From Selaginella moellendorffii (taxonomy: Eukaryota; Plantae; Lycopodiophyta), in contig NW_003314283.1 of NCBI RefSeq assembly GCF_000143415.4, positions 1,292,330-1,356,329 on the forward strand: DNA of 64,000 bases, read 5' to 3'. Every line of letters begins with the position of its first letter. The first letter of the stretch is position 1. This document shows positions 9,470-23,010 of this stretch, piece by piece. The notes beneath the pieces are model-generated. The model ran no database searches. It was not told the origin of the DNA and was given only the letters and a program-made list of their open reading frames with translations. The position numbers and the translations under genes were made by a program.

Positions 9470-10797
9470 ATGACCAACGAGGGATTCTCCTCGCAAGGCT
9501 GCGACGATTTCCTGGAGCTCCTGCCGATTCTCCTCAACACCCACAACCAAAAGGAGGTGATGCACAGCATGGGGATGCTGTCCGCGGCGGCATCGTGCTC
9601 TCCCCAGGATCACCACGGCAATGCGGCTAGAAACGCTGCAGCACTCGCGGTGGCTACTCCGGACCATCAATCCAGCGATAGAAAAGAGCATGGCTCTTTG
9701 GACACTGTTGTTCATCCCGGGGACGAGCTCTATGGCAACCCAGTGTACAGTAGCGCGAGTTGTAACAGCTCCAAGACTCCAAAGGCTGGGAGGCTCAAGG
9801 CAATGGTTCCTCCGGCCTTGGGCGGAGTTCTCTCCGCCCAAGAGGACCTCGGACCCAAGAGTGGCGATGGCAAGAAAGCCACCGTGAAGCGCGATGCTTG
9901 CGGCGACGAGGTGAAGAAGCAGCAGCAGCAAGGTCAAGCGAGCAAAGTTTGCTCCAAGGCCGCCGGGAGCGCGTCCAAGAACCTGGTGTCGGAGAGGAAA
10001 CGACGCAAGAAGCTCAACGAGAGGCTCTACTCGCTGCGAGCAATCGTCCCCAAGATTAGCAAGGTTTATCATTCTCTCTTCTTGCTCCCCTAGAACACCT
10101 CTCGAGCCAGAGCTAGAACTTTCACTCTCTCGAAACGTAGAAACCTTTCAGGATGAAACCTTTGACTGGATTGGATTGCATTGCAGATGGACAAGGCGTC
10201 AATCGTGGCCGACGCTATTGATTACGTGCAAGAGCTGCAGGGAAAGGTGCAAGAGCTTCAGGAGGATGTGTCGAGCCTCGAGGCGGCGGAGAGGCGAGAA
10301 GTGGAGCTCGGGAGCGTCGTCGACGCCTGGAACGAGATGATCGTCAGTGACCACCGGGGTTGCAGCTATTCCACCGACGTCGACCAGCACTACGCCAAGC
10401 TGCGCAACCAAGACTCCCGCAAAGCAGTCGAGGTAGTTCTCTTTCTTTCGTATCCATTTACAAGTTTGTTCTTCTCCAGCTCGAAGTTTCCAAGCTCGAG
10501 GAGCAAGTGTTCTACTTGAGAATCAACTGCGGGAACTCGGACGGAGTTCTCATCCAGCTCGCGAAGGCCTTCGAATCCATCGGGCTGGAGTTTAGCAGCG
10601 CAAGTCTCTCGTCCTTCCAAGGCAAGATCATCAACAGCTTCATCGCGAAAGTAAGCTCCTTGCCATCTTATAGTTCCAAGATCTCCTCATGGAAACGAGA
10701 AAACTTTGTCCAGATGGAAGAATGGAAGTCCTTGCACACCGACGAAGTAAAGAAGATCCTCCTTGAGCTCGCTTCCAAGTATGGAATTTATGGCTAA
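9470..10797 (+). CDS. bHLH transcription factor, subfamily IIIa-like (FIT/DYT1/AMS type) with a C-terminal ACT-like domain; exons 9470-10063, 10187-10432, 10480-10650, 10714-10797
   Basis: SKNLVSERKRRKKLNERLYSLRAIVPKISK|MDKASIVADAIDYVQELQ; GT-AG introns keep the frame. Confidence 0.9.
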
Positions 10798-10908
10798 ACA
10801 AGATATGGTCGTTGTGCACGATCAATGGCTAGACAATCTCACTCTGTAAAAAGGTGTATCGCATCGTACAAAATAAAGTTGTGACTAGCAACGGTTAAAA
10901 TGCAAACA

Positions 10909-10980
10909 AGCCCCTAGCGAGGATCGAACTCGCGACCTTTCGCTTACGAAGCGAACGCACTACCACTATGCTATAGAGGC
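10909..10980 (-). tRNA. trnT-CGT: tRNA-Thr(CGT)
   Basis: Reverse complement GCCTCTATAGCATAGTGGTAGTGCGTTCGCTTCGTAAGCGAAAGGTCGCGAGTTCGATCCTCGCTAGGGGCT; anticodon arm TTCGC-TTCGTAA-GCGAA. Confidence 0.95.
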
Positions 10981-11013
10981 CATCCTTGCTAGGAACCCCA
11001 CCTTGGCCGGAAA

Positions 11014-12894
11014 TTAGTCGCGAGCTTCCAATGTAATGGTCATGGTCACCGTCTCTTCTCCACGAAGAACTTCGAGATTTACCTGAAAAGGTAAAAGCAA
11101 GAGTTTATGAGCACCTCGACTGCTTTCCAAAAGCTCTCTCTCTTCCTGTGCTAAGGAAATGTGAAAGTTACTTACAGTCTGCCCGACTTTGCAGGCGTCA
11201 AGAATTTTGTAAAGGTCGCTGCCTTTGCTAATCTTCTGCCCGTTCATGGACACGATAATGTCGCCCATGACAAGCCGGCCATAAGCGTCCCTCGTTGTCG
11301 ATCGCAATCCCTGCGCGGCGCCAGTCAGCTTTAAAGTTCTGATAGAAGAAGTAGAAGTTTCGTTTTAAGATGCTTACGGCTTTGCCAGCAGGGCCATCAG
11401 GAGAGGCACCGAGTACGAGGACTCCACTCACGCCAAGTTGCTCCACTGATTGGTCCGGCGCAAACGAAATCCCCAGAACCGGTCTCGTCACTTTGCCATA
11501 CTTGATGATCTGGTCGACGATGCCAGCCACCTCCAGACAAGAACCGAAGTTTTAGTTCTTTCACCCTTATGCAGCCGAAAGCAGCGCGAAAAACGTACCG
11601 TGTCAACGGGGATGGAGAAGCCAACGCCGGATGACGCACCTGATGGCGAGTAAATTGCCGTGTTGATGCCGATGAGGTTACCAGAGCTGTCGAGCAGCGG
11701 ACCGCCGCTGTTACCGGGATTTATTGCTGCATCGGTCTGAATTACGTCTTGTATTGGACGACCGTTTGCAGCAGATGTGATCTCTCGTCGCAGGCCACTG
11801 GAAAATGAAAGCATATAAAACTTTGCATCCGTACTGAAAAGAGGACATTTAATCTCACCTGATGACTCCCGTGGTTAGCGTGTGATCCAGTCCAAACTGT
11901 GCATATACGTAAGGACGTCAGGAAAAGATCGCCGAAAAAGCTGCAATCGAAGCTGCTTACCGGATTTCCTATAGCGAATACTTTCTGCCCAACGAGAAGC
12001 TCTGAAGAATTCCCCAGTGGCAGCGGTCGTAATGTTTTGTTGCTGCTGGCATCGATTTTTAAAACCGCAACGTCCTTGTCTTGGTCATAGCCGACTATGG
12101 AGGCTTCGTGCGTAGATTGGTCTCCCATTGTGATTCTATTCATCAAGAAAAGGTGAGGAGTTATTTCTTCTTCGTTGTTTGCAAGCGTAAAACACAACTT
12201 ACTTCAAGTCAGAGGCTCCTCGAATAACATGATAGTTTGTGACAATGTGCCCGTCTTTGTCCCAGACAAATCCCGATCCCGATCCTTGAGGGACTTCCAT
12301 TATGTCCGAGGTGAAGGCGTCTCGCCTGTAGCAACACAAAATGAAAAACGATCATTAAAACTCTTCGCGAACGAAAGCAAAGAATAGCGCAAAGTTTGCA
12401 AACCTGACTGCTAGATTTGTGATGTACACGACCGATGGAGTCGAATTCCGGAATAAGTTGATAGTCACAAGCTCATCCGACAGGAATCTTTGCGTTGACG
12501 TATTCACAAAAGCTTGCGCGTCCGCCGGTGTGATCATCACGGAGATCATAACAGCGAGCGACATGCACCACGTAGCATACGAATCCAGTTTGCCATCGCT
12601 CTTTTGCTGTGTCGATAGCCATCTGAAAATCTCGTCGCCCAAATTATTTTGCCGGGCTTGAAGATGTCTGATCTTGAGGAAAAAATTCGAAGAAGAAGAA
12701 AAATCTCGCCTGTCTTTGAGAATTCCGAAGCTCTTGCTAGATCCAGCAGCTGGAATGCCCTGCTCCAATTTGCTCACCACGACAATTCTAGAGCTGGAGC
12801 AACTAGAATCCCTATGTCGCCTCTCGCGCTGGGAAGAATCTAGGCCCTGGATGTTCGATGCGCTGGAAGAACAAGCTGCGGCGACGAGAGCCAT
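11014..12894 (-). CDS. DEG1: Chloroplast Deg/HtrA serine protease (DEG1-like), multi-exon
   Basis: Transit peptide; [22 protein letters not shown]; DVAVLKID; [19 protein letters not shown]; C-terminal PDZ domain. Confidence 0.93.
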
Positions 12895-13225
12895 GCGATG
12901 CGATCGCGGCAGCTAGATCCAGAGGATGCTGCCCCGGCCGATCGATTCGATGGATCGCGAAATTTCTACTTACAAGAGAGCGCTGCCAGAGAGGATCTTC
13001 TCCTAGGGCAAAGAACTCCGTGGCACACAGAAATACGACACATAGCGCTCCCATTGACACGCTACACCCTTGAGTGACGGCTGGGATACCTTTGAAAAGA
13101 CGTTGCGTGGGCATCTTACCGTTGGATTATGTGTTCCAGATGCCCGGGAAAAGAAATACTTTTTCTAATTCTATTATTTTCTGAGGGGGTTTAGTAAGGT
13201 TTGCCTGGAAAAGGGTTACATCACT

Positions 13226-13298
13226 TCCGTTGTAGTCTAGTCGGTTAGGATACTCGGCTCTCACCCGAGCGACCCGGGTTCAAGTCCCGGCAACGGAA
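13226..13298 (+). tRNA. trnE-CTC: tRNA-Glu(CTC)
   Basis: TCCGTTGTAGTCTAGTCGGTTAGGATACTCGGCTCTCACCCGAGCGACCCGGGTTCAAGTCCCGGCAACGGAA; T-runs downstream. Confidence 0.96.
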
Positions 13299-13804
13299 TG
13301 TACCCTTTTCAGGGCTCTTTTTTCATTGAGAGCTTTTTATGGCCGTCCAGCTGGACGGCTGGATTCAGGCACATTTGAAATTTTCCTAATGCACGGAATA
13401 TGCCGGAATAGTCTTATGGCCATGGGCTGATCGCCATGTATGCCCATGAAACACACACCACTAGGTTATTTTCTCTCGCCGGAGCCCCTGTTCTTCGTAA
13501 TCCCTGCTTCTCTCCTCGCTCTCCGTGTCTAGGGCGCCGATCTGATGCCGCGGCGGCGCTCCCGGTGATCTCCGTTTCAATTTGAGCACTCTTTCTCTCA
13601 CATTTGCTCGCCGCGCCGCGATTTTCCTTGCTTCCGGGATGCAGATCGGGCGGCGCAGCTTGTGCTTGACCGCTGGGTGCCGAAAAACGCAAGATTTGGG
13701 GTTGGAATCTTGGTAGGAGGCATTGCCGATCCAGGGTTTGCTGCCGCGAGCCAACAGGGTTTCCAGGGAAGGAAGCTTTTCTCCGCGGGCGAGGTATTCT
13801 GGAG

Positions 13805-14916
13805 ATGGAAGGAGGCGCCGTGGCCAATCCACGCACAGTAGAAGAAGTCTTCAAGGATTTCAAGGGGCGGCGAGCCGGGATGCTTAAGGCGCTCTCTGGA
13901 GGTAAGCTAAGCTCTCTCTATTTTTTTTTTCTTTCTTTGCGCCTCTTGCTAATCTTACCACTTGCGATTGTATGTAGATGTGGAAGAGTTCTACCGACAA
14001 TGTGATCCAGGTTTGTCCTCTTTCTTATCCTTTAGTCTAGTGTGGTGCTACTACATGTATATATAATGGTCGGGTCTTTTGTTTAAGTGTGATATTGACT
14101 TTGGCGTATGGTGTCACTTTTTCCTTATTGACTCCAGAGAAGGAGAATTTGTGCCTTTATGGTCTCCCCGACGAGACTTGGGAGGTGAATCTTCCAGCCG
14201 AGGAAGTGCCGCCGGAGCTCCCTGAGCCAGCGCTCGGTATCAATTTCGCGAGAGATGGCATGCTCCGAAAGGACTGGCTTTCGCTTGTGGCGGTACACAG
14301 CGATGCTTGGCTCTACGCAGTCGCGTTTTATCACGGTGCCCGCCTCGACAAGAGTGAAAGGTTGGTGCTTTTGTTAGTTTTGTCCGTCAGTTTGATTTTT
14401 TTATTGGTACTCGCTGTTCCTTTTTTCTTGTTAACGATTGTGGTAGATCTGAGATTTTTTCATTTTTCATTTGGTGCAGGAAACGACTGTTTGGGATGAT
14501 GAATGAGCTACCAACGGTTTTCGACACTGTCACTGGAAGGAAACCTGTGAAAGAGAAATCCAGCGTGAACAACAGCGGAAGCAAGAGCAAGACCTCTGTT
14601 GTCAAGGTGGGTCTTCGATCTTTCTCCTTTCTCTGTTTTTACTAACAGCTACTACCAGAACGAAGGCGGTGTAAAGTCGTCCAAGGCACCCCCGAAGGAG
14701 GAGGACGAAGCTTTTGACGACGAAGACGAAGAGCACGGTGACACACAGTGTGGAACTTGCGGGGGGAATTACACGTCCGACGAGTTTTGGATAGGCTGCG
14801 ATGTCTGCGAGAAGTGGTTTCACGGCAAGTGCGTCAAGATCACACCGGCCAGGGCGGAGCACATCAAAAAGTACAAATGTCCATCGTGTAGCAACAATAA
14901 GAGAGCTCGGGGATAG
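13805..14916 (+). CDS. Alfin-like PHD finger protein, multi-exon
   Basis: [17 protein letters not shown]...ENLCLYG...[30 protein letters not shown] (Alfin domain), plus PHD finger CGTCG...[15 protein letters not shown]...CPSC. Confidence 0.95.
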
Positions 14917-15602
14917 CCGCCAAAGGGAGAAGCTCGACGTAGCGTTATCCTTGGGAGCTCGTTTAGTTGGTCGGGGTGGGCATCAGTCATCACTTTGAAG
15001 GGCCGGTTCTGGACATCGTCTGTACTATTTATTTTCCTTCCTCCTCTTCCTTCATCGTAGTACCTTTTGCTTTCTTCCTTAGTTGAGCGCCCTGTAGTCG
15101 AGCTAGAATTTTCTCTAGCAGTGGTTCTGACCGATTTTCGTTTGTGTTCAGCTAGTGACAATCATGCATAGCGAAAAGGCCTTCACTATGCAAACCGGGC
15201 AATCTGGGTTGTCACCAATTGACATGAGCATGTTGTATACTACAAAGTGCTCAATACCAGGTTCATTTTATATTTATTTTCTTTCTCGTTCGCCCTCCTC
15301 TTCAGTATAATGTCGTGCGTGATGTCTTCCTTGTTTCAGCTGGTTTTAGTGGAATGGAAGTTTTCTCACTTGAGTTTTGCTCTCCGGTTTGGGTTCGCCT
15401 TTAAGAATGGTTTATAGTGTGGGTCATTAATCCTCTCCGTGCTCTCTTTTAGGACTTCCCTGTAGCTCTGCTGCTGCTGTGTTTGCCTTCCAAGAGGAGG
15501 GAGAGAGAAAAAAAAAAAGTGTGAGGAAAGACTGCGTCTTGCGTTGTTTGCGTAACTTTGTTCTGCAGTTAAGCTAAGGAAGAAGAAAATACAGTGGTTC
15601 GG

Positions 15603-16605
15603 TTAAAGAACGTTGGGAATAAGAGCCTTCCGAGTCTTTGGAAAGCCTTCCAACTTCTGAACATACCAGTCCCGGGTGGAGAAGCTCCTTGCAGTGAGGT
15701 AGAGCATGACGAACACCGCACAGGCAAGAGACATTGTTGTTTGGCTGATCATTGAAATCCCAATGAAGGTGCCTATTTCGAACAGGTACTGCGGGCACGC
15801 TACCTTGTCGAACAATCCTCCGTGTGGAACAATGTACTTCTTGGTGGTGATGCTGTCCCGTCGGGCCGTCGCAGCAAGCCCCTCGGCCGAGTTTCGTATC
15901 CGGGCAAGTATGCAGTGGTGGTAGAAGTTTCCAACTATTCCCACCATGAACACTACAACTCCTAACCACATTGTGTTGTACGTAGGCTGGTAGCACATCG
16001 CCTCGGCAATCTCTTGGGCGTAAAAGAGATTGAGTGACAGTAGCGCGAAAGTCAGCGACACTAACATGCTCGTCACTCCGCATATTGTTCCGGTATACTC
16101 ATGAAGAAAATTCACCTAGCAGTTGCAAGTAAGTTAGCTTTGCTTCAATGGAGTTTAGTTTTTCTCTCTTTACTGAGCGAGCTGCAATGCAAATAGGTAC
16201 CTCGAGGACTCGTTTGACGAAATGCAAAGTCATGGCTGCCGAGACGAGTACTATGCGCAAACTGGCACTGTTGTGGAGGCGGAGGTCGTATGCCCAAGTG
16301 GAGAGTCCCATCTCCTCCATGAACGTCGGTGCGTCAAAGTACTCGAGTTTGTGGAGCAAGAAAGCCGAGCAGAGCAACGCCGCAGGGAGGTAGAACATGA
16401 GCATTCCAATCTTGCTGGGCAACTGGAGGATCTTCTGCTGGCGACCGGCAAACTTGGAGTAAGGCAGTGCCGCGCCACGAAACTCCTGGAGCGAGAGGAG
16501 GACGCCGCCGACGAAGAGCAGCATCTCCGATCCCCATACGTACCTGGAACCCGAGCCCGTGAAGAAGAGGTACGAGGAATCCGGGCGGCTATCGCCGAAG
16601 AACAT
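15603..16605 (-). CDS. 3-oxo-5-alpha-steroid 4-dehydrogenase (steroid 5-alpha-reductase family) protein, 2 exons
   Basis: YSKF; HFVKRVLE|VNFLHEY; GNFYHH; YIVPHGGLFDKVACPQYLFEI; RKALIP. Confidence 0.88.
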
Positions 16606-16947
16606 CTCAATCTCTCACCGGGCTTCAGTTTCTTCCAGGAAATCGAGCATCACGGTCTCGTCGTCCAGTTCTTCGCGTCTTTCATCTCTTCTCGGCGGTG
16701 GTGGTAGAATTGCTCTTCGTCTTCGCTGGACAGAAGTTGCCAAACCGGATAATTCGGTGTCAAGGGACACACGGTGCATCGCTTGATCCGACGGTGGAGG
16801 ATGAGTCCCTCAAAACGGTAACTTGAAGGGCTGGAGATCTGTTTGGGAATATACTGGAATAATAATATTTAGGGTTCTTGCAAGGTCTTAGGGTTCTTGT
16901 TTATTTGGCTCTGTTGGTCGAATCGATCGATCGATCGATCGATTTCC

Positions 16948-17291
16948 ATGGCAACCACGGCCACGCAAGACGGCGCCGCGGCGACGGAGGAGGTGAAGCT
17001 CGATCTCTTTGAGGACGACGACGAATTCGAGGAGTTTGAGAACGGAGGTAAGCACGATCGCAATGCTAGGGCTACAGTCGCTGGAGCTGGATTCTTCCCC
17101 TTCTTTGATCTCCAGAATGGGACGACAAGGAGGAGGAGGACGCGCTCCAGCCGTGGGAGGACGATTGGGACGACGACGACGTCAATGACGATTTCTCGCA
17201 GCAGCTTAGAGCGGAGCTAGAGAAGAACGAGTCCCAGGCACCGAGCGACGATATTTCGCAGCAGAAGAACACCGATACTTCGAGCTCCTAG
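16948..17291 (+). CDS. DSS1: DSS1/SEM1 (26S proteasome and TREX-2 subunit), 2 exons
   Basis: LFEDDDEFEEF...WEDDWDDDDVNDDFSQQLRAEL. Confidence 0.93.
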
Positions 17292-17514
17292 GTAGTAGTA
17301 ATCATTCTTTCGTCCTCTCTATTCGTTTTTGTCTAAGAAGTCCTTGTCTTGGTGACAGATTGACTAGCCGATCTTAAAGCTCTTTGTCCTTTCCTGGTGG
17401 AATCAACCGAGCTCGAATTTTTTTTTCTTCGTGTTCTTACTGGCATCACATGTCAATGCTCCTTTCCTTCCATTGGGATTGCTGACTCTTTCCTCTAATT
17501 TTTTTTGGTTTTCA

Positions 17515-17780
17515 CGTCATAACGGGTGTGTTTTCACTGTTGTAGTTCTAAGTGTGCACACAGGGACGCGCATCACAACCAAGTAAGTTTGCGTTGTTTA
17601 TTTGGATTTGAATGGTCATAACGAGTGTGTTTTCACTGTTGTAGTTTTTCCAAGTGTGGACACAGCCAAGTAAGTTTGCTTTGTTCTGTAGTAGTTCTTC
17701 TAAGTTTGGACACAAGGAGGCTCTCCATCACAACCAAGTAAGTTCGCTTTGTTTATTTTGGATTTGAATTGTCATGGTTG
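17515..17780. repeat. Imperfect local tandem duplication (non-coding)
   Basis: TCATAACG(G/A)GTGTGTTTTCACTGTTGTAGTT occurs twice; CATCACAACCAAGTAAGTT...TTATTT(T)GGATTTGAAT occurs twice. Confidence 0.75.
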
Positions 17781-18739
17781 CGTGGCTCTCGGGCACAGTA
17801 GCGTGCGTTCTTGTGTACAGTGATTGTTTTCTCTTAGAGCTTTTAGCTTTAGATTGTCTTCCCCCGAGTACTTGGTTCTGATTCCTTTGTTCAAATGCTT
17901 GCAGGTTCTTGGTGGAGGAGCTGGGGAACGATCTATGTCTAGCCAGGTAATATGTTCGTATTCTATTACGTAGAGAAGAGGTCTTATTACTTAGCAAAGT
18001 CTTCCTGTTCTGTCCTCTTCTCCGCTTCTCCGTCAACTCTTGCTCTCTTTCGCCCGCTATCCTACGTGCACATTGATGTGAGCTGCGGACTGGTTCCAGG
18101 AAATCTATTCCCGTTTTGTTAGATATTTCAAACTTTGTCACAGGATTGGCATTAGTAAGCCCCTGAAATTGAGCCTGCGAGTCCCTTCAAACTTCTGAAT
18201 GGCTTTGTTTGTCCGCTTGTGGTGCGGTAGTACTCCTGTGATTTTTCAGACAGTGAATTGATGGCTTACCATCAGCATAGCTTCAAGTAGTAAAGCTTTC
18301 CCTTGTTGAAACTTCCGTGCCGTATGACCGGGTGTGGGCTTTAAATTGATCTTCTGAAGCGCTGTCACTGACTCTTCTGATCGAAAATCCTTGCAGCGTA
18401 TCTCTCCGATGTAATCTGGAAGGCATCAAGAGACGATAAGCTCAACGCAGGCTGACGAGATGGATGAACGAACGAGCGACGAACGAACAATAGCCCGCGG
18501 CCATCCTGTACTACCGAGAATGCAAAGGTCCGGACTTTCTCGAGAGACTAAACGTGTTCGTGATGGACAGACAGACCAGACGGGGAACAAAGAAGAAGAG
18601 ATAGATGCAAGGAAAGAAAGCAAAAGGCCCGGCTACAGACCAACATAAGTATGCTACTACTTATGTATTCACCTGGGATCGCTGTAATGGGCCGCAGCCT
18701 CGGGAAGAGTTCTCGTGATGTCGGAAGGAAGAAATCAAA

Positions 18740-19417
18740 TCAGAGGAGATGGGGGTCACCTAGTCCGGAAGGTGATGAAGACGTGGTTGCCCCGGACAGA
18801 GCTGAGCCTGAGCCTCCAGAGCCTTCACTAGTGGTAGCAGCAGCGGCAGCAGCAGCAGCGGAGGCAGCAGTGGAAGCAGCGGCAGCGGCAGCAACAGCTG
18901 AAGTTGCAGAGCCTGGCCTCTTACGCTTCTTCTTCTCGTAGGCAATGCCACGAGCCTTGGCTTGCATCTCTCTCACTTCCCGAAGATAGAGACGGACAGC
19001 TCGAGCTCCAAAAGGATTCGACTCGGGCTTTCCACCGTGCTCCTCGAATGCAGCTCGGAGCCTTCCAATGAGTGCGTCGAGGCTCCCCCAGGCTTGTCGC
19101 AGCGGGCAGGCACAAGGTGCTGGTGGGTGTGCGAGGCCGAAGAAGGGGCAGGCTGGTGCGTGGATTTTTGTCTTACCGAACTGATCCAGGTAGCGCAGGA
19201 ATTCCAGGACGTGAGCTCCGCTGCACCGGGAGAGCGCTAGAGGGGGCCGGTGGTTCTTGAGGTACTGGCCAAAGGTGTTCCAGTCGCGACGCTTCTGGGC
19301 CTCGTAGCGACTTGGAGGAGCTTGCTGGGACGAGGAAGCGTTTGCGTCGGCCCTGCTGGTAGACGCTCCACCACCGGCAACTTCTCCGTTCGATTCATCT
19401 GGTAACAAACCACTCAT
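18740..19417 (-). CDS. ALOG (LSH/G1, DUF640) transcription factor with a poly-Ala tail
   Basis: [25 protein letters not shown]...[20 protein letters not shown]...[14 protein letters not shown]. Confidence 0.96.
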   Translation of the reverse strand: MSGLLPDESNGEVAGGGASTSRADANASSSQQAPPSRYEAQKRRDWNTFGQYLKNHRPPLALSRCSGAHVLEFLRYLDQFGKTKIHAPACPFFGLAHPPAPCACPLRQAWGSLDALIGRLRAAFEEHGGKPESNPFGARAVRLYLREVREMQAKARGIAYEKKKRKRPGSATSAVAAAAAASTAASAAAAAAAATTSEGSGGSGSALSGATTSSSPSGLGDPHLL

Positions 19418-22400
19418 CTTCCTGTGAAGTTTTTCTTCTTTTCTTCTTGTCGATTGAGCTGACTGACTCTTGGATCTTCGTTTTACTTGCAGGAATTTAG
19501 GTCAATAGTCGTCTCCACCAGGAAGGAGGAGAAATGAAAACCAGTGAGGAGTCGGCTTCAACTTACAGGGCCCCAAGTTGTGATTTTTACCACCATCTGC
19601 CACTGCCAATGTGAAAGGCTGCTGCTGCTCGTGAAAGGGGGTCCTTGGGAATGGATCCAGAATGGCAGGACAGCGTACCATGCATCGAGGAAATCGGTAC
19701 GCGAAAGAATGGTGTATAATGTTTTCCTTGATGATGATGAACCTGTGTGCTCCAGGAATCTCGAGAGAGAGGCGAGAGAGAGGGATAGAAGTGAGAGACG
19801 CTCTACGAGATGGAGAAAGAGACCGAGAAGCTTTGTTGAGGTATTTCCAGTCCAAGTCGCTGTTTGCCTTCCACAGTGATGCCTGTGATGAAAGAGAAAG
19901 GCAGATGAAGCACAAGATCTTGTCAGAGACCGACCTGCTGTTGTCCAAGGCGAGATCTTTGCGCGCACTTGCCTCCCCGAGAAGGAGATCCTTCTCCAGA
20001 AGCTGCAGGCCAGATGGAAAGAGAGGGGAGGGGGGGAGAGAGCTCTCGGAGAAAAAAGAAACGAGAAAGAGAAAAGAGAAGGCAGACAGGAGGACGAGGG
20101 AAGGAAAAAAAAAATGGAAAGAAAGAAGAGAATCAAAGCAGCCAGATGGAGGAGGAGTGGGATGGGGTAGTGCAAATGCAGATAAGTGATATGGGCAAGG
20201 ACGAACAGTTCCAAGTTGAAGGAAAGGGGGAGGAAGCGATAAACCTGTAAGTACTATGCCTGTTGTTTGGACAAGTAGATATCTAAACGAGGTTGAACGC
20301 TGCAGGGGCAGGGAGGAGGGAGTAAACGAGAGGGCGAAGCTGGAGAGCACACGGATGATTGTGGCAGTGGCAGTAGCGGAGCATTGATGGTGCCCTCGTC
20401 GAGGAAAATCGCCCCTGCAGAGTAACAAAGAGGTACAGCCATAGCTATATCTCTACCGCCTTAAGTTGGAGCTTTGGATCTCTTCTCTTCGCTTCTCTTC
20501 TCTCAGCTTCTACCATTGCGGCTGTTTGCGATTACTACATAGGTAAACGGGGAGCGATGGAGGGGATAAGATGGAAGACGCTGCTCTACTAGGAACTTGG
20601 GAGGAAAAAAAGCACACAAAAACAAAACAAAGGTAAGTTTTTGCGATATTTTTTTCGTTTTTTTTTCTTTTCTTTCTTATGTGTGTTGCTTTGTAGGGTC
20701 AAGGAGTGGGGGCCCTCATGCAAATGCATAACGTGCCATAAGGCTCACGCCAGCCAAGGAAGAAAAAGAATTTCTATATGCTCCGGCTTGGCACGGGGAT
20801 CGAACCCGGGAGCTACTGGAGCTTGATTAGTGGGAGATTAATTGCTAGGTGGACGTCGTTATCGTGGGACAAAGCACGATTATTTGATTTTTGTTGGCAC
20901 TATAGATGTAGGGTGGGGCGGATTCTTTTAAGATTAAGTTGGGCCCCTTGGAGCATACCACTATGCAGCTTCCCTTTGGGAAATAAGAGATTCTTTTAAG
21001 CATTGGTACTATCTATGCGGAAATAATTGTTTATAATGGCCTTATATACAAAATTCAAAGGGCATCAATGCGGCAAGTTGCAGTACAATGCCCCACCATA
21101 TGGAACACATCAATCAATCAATCACAACACACCAAGGTACTAGTAGCAAGCTTCAATTTAGTGCCATCATCCATTCCATTGGGTTCCATTCCATGTCAAA
21201 ATTCTCCAGCACATACAAAAGACACATATACATATTTCTTGTAAAGATTTTGTGGATCTTTTCAAGAAGTCATTTTTATTTTCCTTTTTCACCTATGTAG
21301 GTTGTGACTTTTCAGAAGAGATCAAGTTCTCAACTCCAATGGGTCCCTGTTTGGATTTTGTAGGGTGCAATACGCATCCTCTAAAATGAGGGAGGGTATC
21401 TTACATGCATAAGTGGTTGTGGTGAGTGCTGCTTCAAAGAGAAAAAAAATGAAAAAGAAAACATGATTAAATCTAATATATTCTTGTTTAGTTTGCATGT
21501 CAACATTCCCTTGCTTGTCCACATGGGTAAACTATTGATCTGGACAAAAAAATCACGTGTCAAAACTTTAAAAAACTAGAAATAAAATACAAAATAGAAA
21601 GTTCTTTAAAAACCTTTTTAAACAGTGTGTAATTGTGTAACTAACAAAAATATAAATATTTTATAAGTAACTACTTATGTTTAGTTTTTGTAATAAAAAT
21701 GTAATATTCTAATTTTAAACTGAAATTTACTAAATATATTAAAATTAAAAATGATTAAATATTAAATAAAATAAAGTATTGTGAGGTGCAAGTGTATGGC
21801 TATGATGCCATATACTAATATTAGCATATATTGGGTTTTTGATAGTCATTAAATTGGTTTCAATTTGGATTACTCACCTTATATATAATCTAAGCTTTTT
21901 AGGTTATTTAATATGCACATTTCTAAAAAAAAAATTCTATATTCCATACACTCAGGTAAGGAGCAACTTTGATTCTCTTTAAAGAGTGCTTGGATTTGAA
22001 ATTTTAGTTTAAATTTAATTTTTGCATTGTTTAGATTTCACTTTCATTATAGCTTTTTAAATTTTCTCTCTTTTGTTTTTTCTCATTTTCATAGGAGAGT
22101 AACATCTTCCACCTCCTTTAACTTTGGAGTAGTAATTGGTGTAATTGTTCAATGCTATATAGTTGTAGTTGAACAATCAAACTCTATGGCATTCACGGCA
22201 TATGTATAACTCCTTTTACTTTTATTGCCAATTCTCACATTCGATCAAAGTTCTTCCATGAGAATCCTAGGGATGATATTTTATTATTGGTTTGATCACT
22301 TTATAGTGATTACTACTTATCATTTTTGGGATGATGCTTGGCACTTGCATGAATTTCCCACGTATTTCTAAGGAGCAGTGTTGTAATGGTACAATGGTTT

Positions 22401-22513
22401 GAACATAACTACTCATGTGGATTGAAGCATTCTCCTATATGTCTTTAAGCATACATTTGGATGGTGATAATACCTTTTAACAATTGCATTGTCTTCATCA
22501 AGGGTCATTTAAT

Positions 22514-23010
22514 TGTAAACAACCAAAGAGAACGACTTGAAAAACAATCTATAAGGGTTCAAATATAAACGGAAATGGCCCATAAATAAAAGTGCACCCC
22601 TTTTTCTAATCGGTTAAAAGTCTTGGGATATTTGGGGTTAAGTGTCTTTGGAAATCACACTATATGTTGAAATTGACATCTGGCAGGTTTAGTTTGCCTT
22701 CGGTTGGGCTTGACCCAAGGAAGGGTAGGGTGTTAAGAGAGCGAGGCTCTTGGGAGAGCTGCGGCTCTCAACTTTTATTCATGAGGGTGTGAACTTGTAA
22801 AGAAGTATAGTGGATTGTACGTAACCAAAGGAAACAATTTGAGAAACGATCCATAGAAATTTAAATATAAAGGGAAAGGATCCATAAATAAGAGTGCATC
22901 CCCTTTTCCAATCAATTAAGGGTTTTGGGATATTTGGGGTTAAATGTTTTTGAGTTTGAATAGTACTAGGATGGTTGACCTCCCGAAAAGTCCAAATTCT
23001 AGAGCTTACA
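22514..23010 (+). mobile_element. Cassandra-like TRIM copy 1 (5' LTR internally deleted; 3' LTR 22816-23010)
   Basis: TG...CA 195-bp LTR carrying a 5S-like segment at 22939-22993; flanks TTAAT/GTAAT (4/5 TSD). Confidence 0.85.

Noticed and set aside
19502-20428. ORFs of 175-308 aa upstream of ALOG
   Set aside because: GA/CT-rich leader or intron-like sequence with no domain signal.
20780-20820. tRNA-like B-box (GGTTCGATCCC on the minus strand)
   Set aside because: No A-box or cloverleaf.
22939-22993. Functional 5S rRNA gene
   Set aside because: Only the internal 55 nt are present, embedded in an LTR and decayed.
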